Shown here: piece after piece, positions 23,494 through 37,419 of the stretch
Numbering within the stretch: position 1 is the stretch's first letter
Layout: each line of letters opens with the position of its first letter
Origin: Schmidtea nova
Taxonomy: Eukaryota
Assembly (NCBI GenBank): GCA_044892505.1
Contig: CM097883.1
Location: 134,974,001-135,038,000 of the forward strand
DNA: 64,000 bases
Reading direction: 5' to 3'
Notes under the pieces: model-generated
Told to the model about the DNA's origin: nothing
Databases searched by the model: none
The model's input: the letters and a program-made list of their open reading frames with translations, nothing else
Translations under genes and position numbers: made by a program

Positions 23494-23884
23494 TTAGATT
23501 AATTCTGGCAATAAAACTATTTTAGCCCCACTCTCAACAATTCTAGATTGTGGCCCATGTTGTTTACACTATATCCGGCATATATACTGTGATATTGTAA
23601 TAATCGTATTTAATTATGAAGAGTGAGAGGCAGTAGCGTAACCAGCGTAAACGGGTAACCTGGTCAACTGACCAACATTCTGCAGGTGTATTGGATTCAA
23701 CAATTTTTGCGCCAAGCAAATCCAAGCAAAAGCAGCTGCCTATGACTAATATGAATAAAGAGATTAACATAAAAATATACCAAGGCAAAATTTCTAACTA
23801 CCAAAAATTTAAGAAAAATGGTGCGAACGGATGAATGAAAAAGGTATGATACTAACCTTCAATTGGTCTACGATCCTCTTCCAT
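23494..23884 (-). CDS. Candidate small spliced transmembrane protein gene
   Basis: Exon 23857-23884 (MEEDRRPIE) with a GTTAGT donor and a 63-nt intron joins in phase to exon 23660-23793 (EILPWYIFMLISLFILVIGSCFC..). The 3' end is ambiguous: a third exon 23494-23568, or read-through to 23564. Confidence 0.45.
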
Positions 23885-25039
23885 AGATAAGACATTTAAA
23901 GAATCATTATTTTAAAAGGGTATTTCTTACATAAATTTTAGTCTAGTCAAATAATCAGATAAACTTTGTTTTAAATGAGTAAAGATTTTACAGTCATAAT
24001 TAATAAATTTATTTTGAATAAGTCTATTTAATTTGATTAATTTATTTATTAAAATATTGAGATTTGTGTATTAAATATGCTTGTAAATTTTAAGTATAGT
24101 ATCATGTTCTCAAAAAAGATTTCCTTGGTGGGCCTGACAGCACACAAATGGGATTTGATAGGTACTACATGCTATAATTAAGGTTTCCATAGTAAACAAT
24201 TATAAAGAGGAGTTGCATAATGGTTACCAATTTCCAAGCGACTAAGTAAAAAAGCTAAAAATTATTTTAGCATTTACAACTTATATTTTCACTTTTGATT
24301 CCAATTTTCTTTTTCAAAATTTTTGTATTTACTCTTTTTTAAAAGCCTGTCGAAAATTTATGTGCATAATTGGGTTATTTTAGATTTGGTGGACATTAAA
24401 TTGGCTCTGACTCTGTATGTTTCTTAGATAATACAAACAACCCAACAAATAGTTAATTTTATTTGGTTAATAACAAATTTTTTACAGCTGTAATTTAAAT
24501 CCACTCGAAGGGTAAATAACTGATAGGCAAACAATTTCAAGAGCATCCTACTTTTGTCGTCCTTTGCTGTCTTCGACTAAAATGGCAATTTGATTAAAAT
24601 TAGTTGGTTTTAAATACTACTTTATTTTCATCAATCATTGCTGAAAACCCAATAAACTATTTACTATGTGATACCTCCATATTTCATACACAACGGACTT
24701 TCCTCTTTGAATCCAACATGTGATTTCGCCGCTGTCACATTTAAGTTTTACAAACTGTCTAATCTGAGATTTTTTGTCTCCCCTACAACAATGATTGGTA
24801 AGATTACTTAACCGCCCTACCTCTTTGAACGAGCGTGACTCGTCGTCAAAAAACTTCCCGGATCGCAACAAGTAGAGTGACGCTCGTTCATACAACAAAA
24901 GACGTTCCCTAGACCCACAAAACGAGCGTTACTCGTTCCTTGTAGTTATCTAGGTACCTAGTATGTTACATTGATATATGCTAATGATCAATAATATATT
25001 GTACAATAATATATTGATAATAATATATTGTATAGAGTG

Positions 25040-25354
25040 GTGTTGCAATATTTGGATAAATATCACTCTCCAGAATTTTCTTCAAAGGGAGGCAGACCAT
25101 CAAGTACTCCAAACCCTTTACGTCTCACAGAGAGGCATTTCATTGATACGATTCCGCCGACGCAAAACAAAGCGGGACAGACCAGGCGTTGCGTGGTGTG
25201 TTGCAACAAAACTGATGAAAGGGGGAAGAAAGTCAGAAGAGAGACGAGATATTGGTGCCCAGATTGTGACGTAGGATTGTGCATTCCATGCTTTAAATTG
25301 TATCACTCTAAAAAGATTTTTAATAATAAATGTAAAAAAATATTATTTTTTTAA
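25040..25354 (+). mobile_element. piggyBac transposase C-terminal cysteine-rich domain fragment (PGBD4-like)
   Basis: PLRLTERHF..RRCVVC..RRETRYWCPDCDVGLCIPCFKLYH; no upstream DDD domain. Confidence 0.88.
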
Positions 25355-26547
25355 TTTATGATGAGTTCCCAACCCCTGACTTTTAGGTAATATTTGGTGT
25401 GTATGTATTTATTATATAAAAGGGTTTTACGACTTATTATTGTCAAAAATGACCATAACAAACATTATTATCTTGTTAACAACAAAAAAAACCTGATGAT
25501 TTTTTTACCTACCTAGTGGAAAAAACCCAAAGGCTTAAATGATTATTGAGATCAATTAATTAATTTATTTGTATTTTTGCTTTAGTTTTTCCCAGGGAAG
25601 TCCTTATCACTGTTAAATAAAAATAATTTTATTCGTCTTCAACTTTCAATTTGTCGCTGGTTATTAGTTTTCCCCAAACAAATATTAATTTTTATACTTT
25701 TTAAATGTTTAATTAATTTTCCTCATTTCTCATTTCTCTTTAATTTTTTTACAATTGTATACAACCTTAACAACTTTTAATCTTGCTTTTTTTGATCTAA
25801 GTCTTTATAAAAAATTAAAAAAATTAATAAAAATTAAAAGCTTTTAAATTTGATTTAAAATTAAAATTTTTCTATTCAAAATTTTGCGAAAGAATTGCAT
25901 TCTTTCAATTGTCTAGTAATGATTTTCAGAATAAATGCCTTATAAACAACCTAGCCACCGGTGCACTTTGGCCTGGCGGTTCAGTGACTTGTTCACTAGA
26001 TTGTGCAGTTATTGATTTTCATTTAGATCTTTATCATGGTCAATAAATAAACAAATTTGCACATGAAAATTCACTTTGAAAATTACTTTTAAAATACGCT
26101 GTCAAAATTTATTTAACATTATAAATAACATTTAATGTAATTAATTGTGTAAACATCTTAATTATAGGTTGATGGTGAAGAGGCACGCTGCTATTCATCC
26201 GTTGCTACCGGCTAAGGCAACCCTTATTACGATTTGAATTATTTTTAAATTTGTTTTGGTTCTTGGGGTTATTTTTGGAAAATTTTCGAAATAACATCTA
26301 TAGACAAATTTAACTATTTTTATGACCTCATGAAACCTAATTGTCTATAATAAATAATGTGTCTATTATATATCAGCTGCATTGCTTTTGGTTTTAATAA
26401 CATTCATAATAACATTCATAATTTAAATTCTAATATTTATTAATTCAAAATATTCTCTTTTTTCTCAAAATATCTACAATTTATTATTAAACAACATGTA
26501 ATTTCTATCAGTGAAAGACAATGCTTAAATAAGGAATTCGATAACTA

Positions 26548-27050
26548 CGTGGTGCGTCCAATAAGTACTTAGGCTCGGCAAGAAATAATTACTTTTTAAA
26601 ATGGATATTGCAGGTGATTATATTTAAACATGTAGAGGGAATGAAATGTGTTTTTGTTTTTCTAAGTTATTTTGGTTTGTAAAAGAAATTACGTTATTTC
26701 ATTATTGAGTCAAGAAATGTCAGATAATGTAGAATTTTGGATTGTTAAAAATTTCTGCTTTTAAAGAAAACTAGTAGTCAAGAAATTATTCCATAACTGC
26801 AAGAGTGAGTGCCGTTGTAAACCAATCGGTGATTTGCAGCAGGATATGACGGATTTTCATACTTTATATCCCAAAACATTTTATGAAAAGGGTATTTTGG
26901 ACTTGGTGTCATTATTGCGAAAATGCATGGAAGTTCATGAAGCTTACATCGAAAAATAAACCTTTACATATTGCTTGTTTGTTGCTTATGTTTAAATAAG
27001 GTCGGATGCTTATTTCTTGCCTAGTTTAAGTACTTATCGGGCGCACTACG
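26548..27050 (+). mobile_element. Internally deleted mariner (503 bp)
   Basis: TA TSD; TIRs CGTGGTGCGTCCAATAAGTACT / AGTACTTATCGGGCGCACTACG; retains the C-terminal FYEKGILDLVSLLRKCMEVHEAYIEK*. Confidence 0.85.
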
Positions 27051-27685
27051 TAGCATTATTTTATTTACATTTGATCTTTCATATTTAATTTTTTTGAGAA
27101 AATTATAATCAATCCAGCCCATATTTTCGGAACAGCTTTTTTCTTGAAAAAGACAATGTTGAAAATTTGGGTTGAATAAAAAAATGTTTTTGATATAGTC
27201 TGATAAAAATGAAAATAAATACTATTTATGAATTTTTTATTAAATACTAGCACTGTAATCCGACATAAATGACGGAGGTAAAATAAATGCTAGGTTTTAT
27301 CTGTTTTCATAGACTTTTTTTCGAATTTAAGAAAAAAGATAATTTTAATTAATTTTAAAATTTATCTTAAAATTAAAATAATAAATTGAAAGGCGTAAAT
27401 ACAGACTAGATATGTTTATTAAATACAGATCTTTATTAAATACAGTAATTCGCAAAATTGTATTTTGCTTTTTTGAATATTACAACATACGGCTTTAGAC
27501 TCCACAGAAAATTATCAGTAAATTCATTTCTCTTCCATTATTTGCAAATTATTTTTAATTTATTTTCTCTTCATTTCCATTAAACTATCAGTCAATGAAC
27601 TTTAACTTGTGGCTCAACAAATAATTTTTTTTTAATTATATTATTATTCTTGTTATTTTTGCAGAAATCAGCTTTTGTATTTTAA

Positions 27686-28143
27686 GGTGTCCGGACAGAA
27701 TTACACTGGACAAAATTACACGGGACAAAATTACACAGAAGAAATTACACACACGAAAATTACACTAAGACAAAATTACACATTTAATTTGTTTGTGTTT
27801 TTATAATTATATTTTTATTATATTTTTATATTTATTAATTCATATACCACTAAAATTTAATTATTCCAACCCTTAAAATACAATTTTTTATTTTTTCAAA
27901 AAAAAAACATCAAAACTTACTTAATCCAACCCTTCAAAAAAAAAGGTTTTATATAAAAGAATTCATAAAAGAAAATTCATAAACACAAAAAAATTAAATG
28001 TGTAATTTTGTCTTAGTGTAATTTTCGTATGTGTAATTTCGTCCTTGTGTAATTTCTTCCCTGTGTAATTCTGTCTATGTGTAATTTATTCTGAGTAATT
28101 TTGTCCCGTGTAATTTTGTCCAGTGAAATTTCGTCATGTAACC
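27686..28143. mobile_element. Mutator/foldback-type MITE with AAATTACAC tandem subrepeats
   Basis: 9-bp TSD GTATTTTAA / GTATTTTAG; GG..CC termini; long TIRs made of ~15-17 bp units. Confidence 0.85.
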
Positions 28144-28434
28144 GTATTTTAGCTTATTGTTTATTAAATGTATACATATTTATACAATGATTATTATTAA
28201 TATGTCAAATCACAAATTTTACCAAAGTACATTTTACACAATCAATTTTTTTTCAGATGAAAACATTTTATAAATTCCTATTGTTCATATTTTTGGCAAT
28301 TTCCTGCTAAAAGTGTTAATTAAAATTCGATAATAAATAAACTAAAATAAAATCTTATTATTAAATATAAATTGATTACCAACGCATTTCCTTCATTGCC
28401 AATGTGGCTCATGAAAGCCATAAGTTTGAACACC

Positions 28435-28937
28435 TAGGGCCGGCTTTAACTGGAAGCGGTGGATGCAAAGCGTCATGCGCTTCTTGTAAAAGGCGCCTTA
28501 AAAATATAATTTTAGTCTCTATTTAATATGTAAAAAACCATTAAAAATTTTTTTTTAATTTTTAAGTTTTTTTAAATTTTAAAGTTATATATACGACAAA
28601 TTAGAAATACATAATGTAATTGATGAATTTGCAAGTTTAAAAGCAAGAAAAGTAAATATCTAGAATAATAGTTTTGTCTGCTTTTGCACAAAACTTTATT
28701 CATTGTATGATATGTCACAGAATAATATTATTTCAATAAAATAAAAAATATGTAAACAAAATAAAAACTTTATTTTACTTGAAAAATAATTATTATTTTT
28801 TAATATATTTTCATTACAAATTTAACATTGTCCATTGAATTACGTCAAGTACAAATAACCAATAAATTAATACTCCGAGAAAATGGGCGTCTAAAATGAG
28901 TTTCGCATCGGGCGCTACTAATGCTAGAGCGTGCCCA
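28435..28937 (+). mobile_element. hAT deletion derivative/MITE
   Basis: Imperfect TIRs TAGGGCCGGCTTTA / TAGAGCGTGCCCA; internal NVIDEFASLKARKVNI* is typical of a hAT C-terminus. Confidence 0.6.
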
Positions 28938-31149
28938 TTCTAAATTATCTGCATGTCTTTATTAAATGTTATTTTATAAGTTGAATTTATTGACCTATAC
29001 TTTATGAAAATGAAATGAAAAAATAATGCCAAAATAGTCATAATAGCTTATTAATTTTTGTTTTAATGAAATAAACTATTACTTTTAAAAAGTAAGTTGT
29101 TATTTTCAAAATTTACTCACAAAATAGATTTGAAAGCATTCATTTGTACCTCAAAATTGAAACAAACTCAAATTTCATGATTTAACTTCACAGTATCTTG
29201 TGAATCGTATGCCAAATACGGCGATGGTCACATAGGGCGTTGTTACTATTACTCACTTGTATGATTACTTTGCACTGACTAATCTAGGTATATTAACGTA
29301 ACTGTATCAATACAGAATTCGTGTCGCCTTTCAATAGATAGACGAAATTATAAATAATATTTAATCACAAAATACTTCTTGATGATTTATTATTTGAACC
29401 GTTAGGTCCTGAAAATATTCCTAGGATTAATGCAGTTGTCAATATTTTTCTTTGTACAAATAAAATAATTTGAAGTAAAAATCCCCCAAAAATTTATTAC
29501 ATGTTGCAAAACCTAGTGCAAATTTTTGATGACATAAAAAAATTTTTCGCCGAAAAAAAATTAAAGACTACTTTTTTTATTTATCAAATATAATACGATA
29601 TACGGCAACAAAAATTTAATTACCAAAAACCTTAATCGTAATCAATCAAATTTTTTTTTATTTAAAACTTACCTCGGCAATATTTGTAGCTAATTCAACA
29701 TCGGCTTTTTTACTTCTATTTTCATTATTTCATGTCAGTGGAAATCGCTGATAGCCAAAGCAGAGGCAGGACATGGCAATAATGCATGCGGTGAAATTTA
29801 TAGATTTGAAGAATTATTGACTTAATTTCATTTTATAAATAAAATAATTGGAAAATACTCAGTCTATTTTATATTAACCTCTTTGGTTTTGACCCGGAGT
29901 CTCCGGGTTTCGGCAAGTGGTATACGGGCACCAGGTTTAGGCATTAGTTATCCGAGTAGTGCTGTATATCCCGAACGTAATTATTATGGAATGTATATGA
30001 TTATATTGTGTTGTTACTATAATTTTAGTGTATTATGTTATTATTATATTGTAGTATAATTTATTTATAATGGAAATCTGTTGAGCTCAGTCGAGTCTCC
30101 TGTAAAAATGGTATCGGGACAGCTGGGGTGGATGTTATGTATGTGTGTATGTCGATATTATACACGAATAATAAGCAATAAATAACTAACAATTTACCTT
30201 TATAAATTTTATATTAAAAAAGTCACAGAAAGATCAGTACTCACGAAAAGGTACGATAAATAAATGGTTGATCTTTCTGAATTTTCTTTTAAATTGATCT
30301 TCTGCTTTTCTTAAATTTAAATATTTAGTTTTCTCGTTATTTGCTATTTTTGTTATTCCAATTCCTTAGCAATTTTTAAATCGTTTTGGGTTTTTCTATT
30401 TAATTTTCCTATTTTAACTTTGGTTTCTATAGTTAATTTATTTTCTTTAATTTCTAAATCGATTTTTTTTATTTTCAAACTTTATTATTTTAATTATTAT
30501 AATTCCTGTTTTTAATAATTATTTACAATTCTAATAAAAAACGAAAATATACAATAAAAGAGGGTCGCTATGCGCCTAAACATAANNNNNNNNNNNNNNN
30601 NNNNNNNNNNNNNNNNNNNNNNNNNNNNNNNNNNNNNNNNNNNNNNNNNNNNNNNNNNNNNNNNNNNNNNNNNNNNNNNNNNNNNNNNNNNNNNNNNNNN
30701 NNNNNNNNNNNNNNNNNNNNNNNNNNNNNNNNNNNNNNNNNNNNNNNNNNNNNNNNNNNNNNNNNNNNNNNNNNNNNNNNNNNNNNNNNNNNNNNNNNNN
30801 NNNNNNNNNNNNNNNNNNNNNNNNNNNNNNNNNNNNNNNNNNNNNNNNNNNNNNNNNNNNNNNNNNNNNNNNNNNNNNNNNNNNNNNNNNNNNNNNNNNN
30901 NNNNNNNNNNNNNNNNNNNNNNNNNNNNNNNNNNNNNNNNNNNNNNNNNNNNNNNNNNNNNNNNNNNNNNNNNNNNNNNNNNNNNNNNNNNNNNNNNNNN
31001 NNNNNNNNAAAAATATATAATATTGAAAATTAGAAATTCACAACTTATATGCAGAACATGTCGAATTTTAAAGAGGTCCGTAAATTAAATAAATTTTATT
31101 TAAGTTATAAATATAAGTTATAAATTGATATTCATAGTTTGAAAATTAT

Positions 31150-33170
31150 TTATTTCGGAGAAATATAGAGAAACAAAAATACTGCGACTGACAAACAAGA
31201 AGAACAATTAGGCATTTCAGAAGCTCCTAAAAAGAGACACATTGACTATGAATGTACATTCTAAGATGAATGGTTACGAAGAGATTATTATTGCAAATGG
31301 CTGGAAAATTCATAATAAAACATGATGGAGGAAAGTCATGAGAATTCATTCTAAGAGCAAAAAACGTTTTACTGCGGTAAAATCTATTCAAGAAAATCTA
31401 TCCAAAAACAAATTCACCTGTTGATGTAAAAGTTGCAATCATAGAATTGTTACAAATTTACCCGGCTTGAATACATAATCGCAGTTATTGCAGCATGGAT
31501 TGTGGAATGCAAATCAATTCGGTGTTACATTTGCATTTCACAATTGGGAAAAAATCCATTGTGCAGGCCAAAAGCCGAAGCAATTTAAAGTAGTTCTTGA
31601 TGAACTTGAAGTCAATGACGGTTAAGGGATTCCATTCCTTTTTCCTTGACAACCGAAACATCCAACAAAAGTAAAAAAAATGTTCGCAATCGTACTTCAG
31701 TTTTTTTTCATTTTTAGCCCTTTCGCGGACAATGACGTGTATACACGTCATACTACTGCGTCATACTACCTCAACTAAAAAAGTGCGTCCGCGAAAGGGT
31801 TAGAAAGGTATTTGAAATAGAATTTTTGACTTTAAAAGATACAAACAAATATTTTGAGGCTATTATTTTTTTTTTATTATTTTTTAGCTATTATTTATTA
31901 TTAATTATTTATTTGTCTTCAAGAATATAAATTTGACTTGTCAAATGTAAATCCTTATTCATGATATAACGCATATGCTAATGGCGACAAGAATAAATAG
32001 GGAGTGCTGGTAAATCGGTAATAATTTTTATATTGATTTATTTTAATTTGCTTTCTTAACATTGGCTTATTTTAAATGTTTTCTTAAAGAGCAACAAAAA
32101 CTACATAATATCTAATTTTTATGAAAATTCCTCCCGCGACTATTCAAATTAATATTCAAAGATTATGAAAATTGTCAGCAATACAAATTTATGCCTAATT
32201 TTGTTATTCTCTAACTCCTCGTGTTTTTTCTTTATAAATCAATTGACAAAACGCCACATAGAGCAATTTATGTGTCTCTTCAAAACAGTAAATCACAAAT
32301 GTTAATGACTTGCACTCGTATGTCTTTAATTTATTTGTTTTTTCTCTATTTATTTCCCCATGGACTCCTCACTAAATTTGTATTATTATATTTATGTTTG
32401 TCTCTTCATTCGGCGTTTACCCATGCCTATATCACGTGAAAAATATTAATTTTTGATTTTTCTAATATTTTAATTAATTTTTGTACTTAAATATTTTGAT
32501 GTTTTTAACGATATTTTTCTCGCTTTTATTTATATGATTTTTTGTATCAAACCCAACAAAAACTGTGTACAAAATGTAAAAATGTATAGCCTATTTCTTT
32601 GGTCAATTTTTGAATTATTGCTTGGTAATGTGGTAATTTAATAACCAGCTAGTAGAATTTTTATTGCCAACAAACGGCTCGCGTGAGCTGGACCAAGCCG
32701 GCTACTGCACATTGCTGAGAATAAATCTCTATAAAAATATTATTTGACCTTAATTCGAAAATTTTGAAAAGTAATTGTAATCGCTATGTAATTAATAATG
32801 CGGCCAAACACAAATGTAAGATCTTGTCTCTAGATGTTGAAAACTTGGTATTAAAAATTTATGCTCAATTTTTTTAGGTCTAAAAGAGTTAAGGCTAAAA
32901 GATTGCTTTGATTTTTTTTTGGAATTGGAATTTGAAAAAATCATTCGACACGTAATAGTGAGACTCTGGAAAATTGTTATGCCTGGTTAACGATAAAACT
33001 TTATTTTGTACAACAGGGTGTTGAATATAGGCACAAAACCATTTGAAAATTCATGAAGGACAGTGAAGATGAGATTTGAGACTATGATGATAATTTGTCT
33101 TCAGTGGAACGTTATATTTACTTTGTGCATGATTTTATGGAACTTATGAATCAGCATATTTTACTATCTT
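31150..33170 (+). mobile_element. Decayed hAT-type transposase remnant, interrupted by a piggyBac MITE
   Basis: Fragments ECTF*DEWLRRDYYCKWLE, LCRPKAEAI and NNAAKHKCKILSLDVENLVLKIYAQF..IIRHVIVRLW appear in colinear order. Confidence 0.55.
31718..31799. mobile_element. 82-bp piggyBac-type mini-MITE
   Basis: Perfect TIRs CCCTTTCGCGGAC / GTCCGCGAAAGGG; TTAG on both sides; internal palindrome ATGACGTGTATACACGTCAT. Confidence 0.85.
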
Positions 33171-35599
33171 AATTTTCTTTTTGTTTCACCTTTGATCTCT
33201 TCTTATTTATCTCAATAATTTTCCTATTTGTATGACTATAGGTCAAAAATTTTTTTTTGGGTTACAATATGCATTATGCACACAATTTATGAACAAAAGG
33301 TTTATGAATTCATTAAAAAACCAGAAAATACCGATTTTGTTAGGACTGCAGTGTTACAAATGGAAAAGTCTACATAAATAAACAAATTATTTATTATGTT
33401 TATTAATTATTTTTCTTCTTGTCTATTTGGTTATATTTTACATAAAAAATTAATGAGATAATAAGGCATTTGTATTTATTATTTTTATTAATTATGTATG
33501 TTATGTGAATATGAATTAATTACTCTGAGGTCATTAGAATTGTAATTATTTTGTAGGAATTTTGGGATATGATTTTTTATTAAAAATAATTTATATAATA
33601 AAAAAATTAAACATGTCTGTATGTTTTTTGTTCATTCTCTCCGGGCCAGGTTGCCACCTTTCCGGGTGGTACCTAGGTCTGAGTTGGCAAAAAAAAACTA
33701 ATTATTGTTACCTATTGTGCCTCAAGTAAAGTCAGCCCCAACGATACTCATCAATATCAGAATTCATTGACATGAGAAATAAATTGAAAAAATAAACTAA
33801 TAAAAAGTCAGAATGTTAAAATATTTTTTTTAATTTTTATGTTTTCATTATATTTATGTTTATGCATAATATATTTACCCAACATTATCTGTTTATTTAT
33901 TTATTTATTTATCTGTGATTCCGGAACGCTCAAAGTTTACTACGATTACTTTTTTTTATTCAATGTTTTCCACATTTTTTCTTTTTGGGGATTTTTTGAA
34001 GAGAGTTTATGACCATATTGATCTTGGATATACAGGATCTAGATCAAGATCAAGAAACGCAAAAAATGTCAAAATCAAGATTGAAGATGGACATTTGTTT
34101 GGTGACGATCGTGTATTCACACGAAACATTGTGTACAATGAAATTCTTTAGGCCAATCATAATAAGTTGAATAAAATTCTAAGTTAAAAGTTAACAACTT
34201 TAAAAAAAAACATTTATTTTTTTTCAATTATTTAATACTAAAAAATGAAACTGCCAAAAGTGAAAAATTGACTAAGGGGGCGCCTTGGCGCCTTAGAACA
34301 ACCTAGTTTTTAATATTCTTCAACTTTTGATTTCATTTAATTTTAGAAAATAGATCAAGCATATTTTTTATATTCAACAATTTTTTTTCTTTAAAGAACA
34401 ATTCCGAAAATTTGTGCTGAATAGAATAAAATAATTTAAAATTTGTTTTTATATTTTATTTATTTATCTGTATTGAAGAAAATACTAAAATTCAAATTCA
34501 ATTTCTATCAAATTCTAGTTCATAAAAATTCAGTAAAAATGCAAAATCTAATTTGAATACCAACTAATAGAAATAAATAGATAAATTTGCAACATAAACC
34601 AAAGACCCAGCAAAATAAACTTTACTTGTTTTTAAATGTTCTTTCACAATTTCATCAAGTCCAAGCCAAATTCTAGATAAGTATGCTCACTTTTCGTTTT
34701 CAAATAAGAAATTAACATATTGTCGGTCCAGTCAATTTTGAAAATGTCCACGAAAAGACCAACATAAAAAACACAATATACTCCTACAATTATATATCGG
34801 ATCTTACAATTTTTCCGTTTTCTTCGAAACAATGCTTTTTTTAATCTAAACTTTCAGCAATTTGCATGAACCACGTATTCCTAAAAGATTTGAACGTATT
34901 GGGATATGACTTCTCATTGCCTTGGATAGGAGGATTGAAATAAATGGATATCAAAAACTATAGCAATAATAGTAAATGGGCTAACCCTATAACTGGGGAA
35001 TTTACTTATGACGACTATAAAATGACTAATCTGTAATGAAGACTTTTGTCTTACTTGGTACAAGTGGTTAGATGTATTAGTATAGAGCGTGATACTTCAT
35101 ACCGTCTTTGCATATTAGTTATCAAAAGTTACCTGACCATGTGTATTTAATTGAAAATTTTCCTATGAAGAATTTATTTTGTCATACCCAGTTAAAAGTG
35201 TTGGGTTTAATTTTAAGTTGGTATAAATTTATGGTTCCTCGTGCTCTTTTTAAGATTAATTAAAGTCACCTAACACAATAACATTTATTTGAGTTCAACA
35301 CAAAATCTGCAATTATTAATAACACTTTTAAATTATTCTGCACTTTTCTGCGTTAGGAATAGATCTTCCAATGGGAGATCCCCTTTCTGGTACGCGATAA
35401 ATGATTTGATGTGGGTGATACTATCTGTCTGACATGCTTTCCTCTTACTAACCTTTTGGATCACTAAACATTTTTCTTTGATCAACTTTCAAGAATAATG
35501 ATTTTTCTTCCTATTTTTATAGTGTTTCTCTAATTGAATTAATTTCCTTATTTTAATTAAATTATTGGCCAGCGTCTCTCGATCCATTTGTCTAAAAAC

Positions 35600-35840
35600 G
35601 AATTAGAAAATTTTAGCTTCGGGTTGCCCTTACCACTCGGGTTTCCTTTTCCCGATAATCAATTTGTTCGGAGTAATTGGCTTATCTGTTGTTCACCCAG
35701 GCTTCATCTACATCATCCAATTTTCCCGGGTAATTAGATAAGTTTGTTGATGACTCGGGTTTCCCATTAGGTAATAATTTTTTTATTTAATTTGTTTTTT
35801 TCTAAATATTTCTTTCTGGAGGCCCCCTTTGATTTTATAT
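35600..35840 (-). repeat. Dispersed repeat family, copy 2
   Basis: GGGGGCCTCCAGAAAG..AATGGGAAACCCGAG..GGAAACCCGAG on the minus strand, matching 23050-23200 and 37420-37570. Confidence 0.5.
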
Positions 35841-36162
35841 TATTATATTTAGATTCATTTCATCATTTGGCATTGATGCTTGAAAAAAAGGAAAAGTTTA
35901 ATAAAATCAAGTCATAGCAAATTATGTATTTATATAGAAATATTTTGTAGTTTTCGTTGCGTTTTAAGAAAACATTTAAAATAAATCAATATTAAGATAT
36001 AAAAACAATGTATTATACATGTGAATTATGTTTTTACCTACCCAGTGGTGTAGAGATAGTGGGCTATCATGCCACACTGTGCTCAAAAGATACAAGATTT
36101 CCCGAAAAATTTATAATTATATGCGAGTAGGTTGTTACAGATTTACCAGCACACCCCTGCAA

Positions 36163-36164
<2 letters not shown>

Positions 36165-36204
<40 letters not shown>
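36165..36204. repeat. (TA)n microsatellite
   Basis: Uninterrupted TA dinucleotide run. Confidence 0.95.
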
Positions 36205-36207
<3 letters not shown>

Positions 36208-37419
36208 TAAAATGCAATATCAATTTTTTAAGGGGTACCACAAAAGAATTACACACAGATGTACCAAATATGTTGAGATGACTCTGATTTTGTGATTATA
36301 AATTTACATTCTAAAAATTATTTCGTACAATAAAACATTTTAGATGATTATTATAATAAGTTTCATAAAATTTAGTTCAATAACTATTAAAATCTCATAA
36401 AAATTGTTGCTTTTATTGCTATTTTAACAGCAACACAATTGAAATGCTTTTTTGTTTCACCAATCTACCGAACTTTTCTTACACAATTGTGTCAATAATA
36501 TACACGCTATACATTTATGAGCTGTCATAGGCACATCACACTTTTAATTGGCTAAACTCAAGAAATAAACAATGTCTAAAGATGAAAATAGTTGCGATCA
36601 GAGGCGGGACAATTAAAACTTGGCCCCGAGGCAAGGAACAAAATTATCTCTTTTTCAAAGAAATTTGAATACATTATGAAATCTATCCTATCATTGATAG
36701 GATAAAAGTACATTTCTAGAATATTTTTTTGGGTTTTCATGATCATAGTAAACCTAGGTTTTCGTTATGTTTTTTGGTGTAAAAAGTTTAAGAAATGGTA
36801 TAATAAATAGTCAAATTTCGAAAATTTTAGAAAGATTTATTAAAAAATGATCAATAATTTTCATATTAATAATTGTAAGACTATAGATCAAATTTTTCTT
36901 GGTTGTTAGGTATACAATATTTCGGCACAGACTTTATAAAGTGTGTATTTCTGTGCCCTAGGCAGGAGGGGCGCTCGCCTTTCCCTCGTGCTGACTCTGG
37001 TTGAGCTAGAAATTCTAGCAATGCAATTTTCATGATTCAGAGAGTTTAATGTTCGAGGTTTTTCGTTGACAGTCAAAAAAATATGCATAACAATTTACTG
37101 TTTAAAGTAAGAATCAAGTGTACAAATAATGAAAATGTATTTTCACATACAGCTTTATATTTTTACACTCAAATCCCAATTTCTTCAATCTCTCATGTGA
37201 AAAATGCATTTTAAAAATATTTTTGGGGTTGATATTAAAATCACAAAAGTAAAAATAAATAATAGTAAAAGCAAAGAAATATCAAAATAAGTAAATATGC
37301 AAAAATTAATTAAAATTTATCAAAAATTTAATATTTATATTCATTGGAGGAAATGTGTATGGTTAATTGCCAAATCAAAAAACGAACCCAAAAATAATAA
37401 TAGAAATTTAGTAAGGGGT

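Noticed and set aside
27690-28140. Regularly spaced short repeats resembling a CRISPR array (also 20760-20820 and 50795-50875)
   Set aside because: The spacers are only a few bases and not unique, the arrays are mirrored as TIRs with TSDs, the context is eukaryotic and there are no cas genes.
29890-30190. Possible solo LTR (TG...AATAAA...CA)
   Set aside because: No matching TSD, PBS/PPT or second copy in the window.
33915-34900. Short coding-like stretches (33915-34151 +, 34644-34832 -)
   Set aside because: No recognisable motifs and no consistent splice path.
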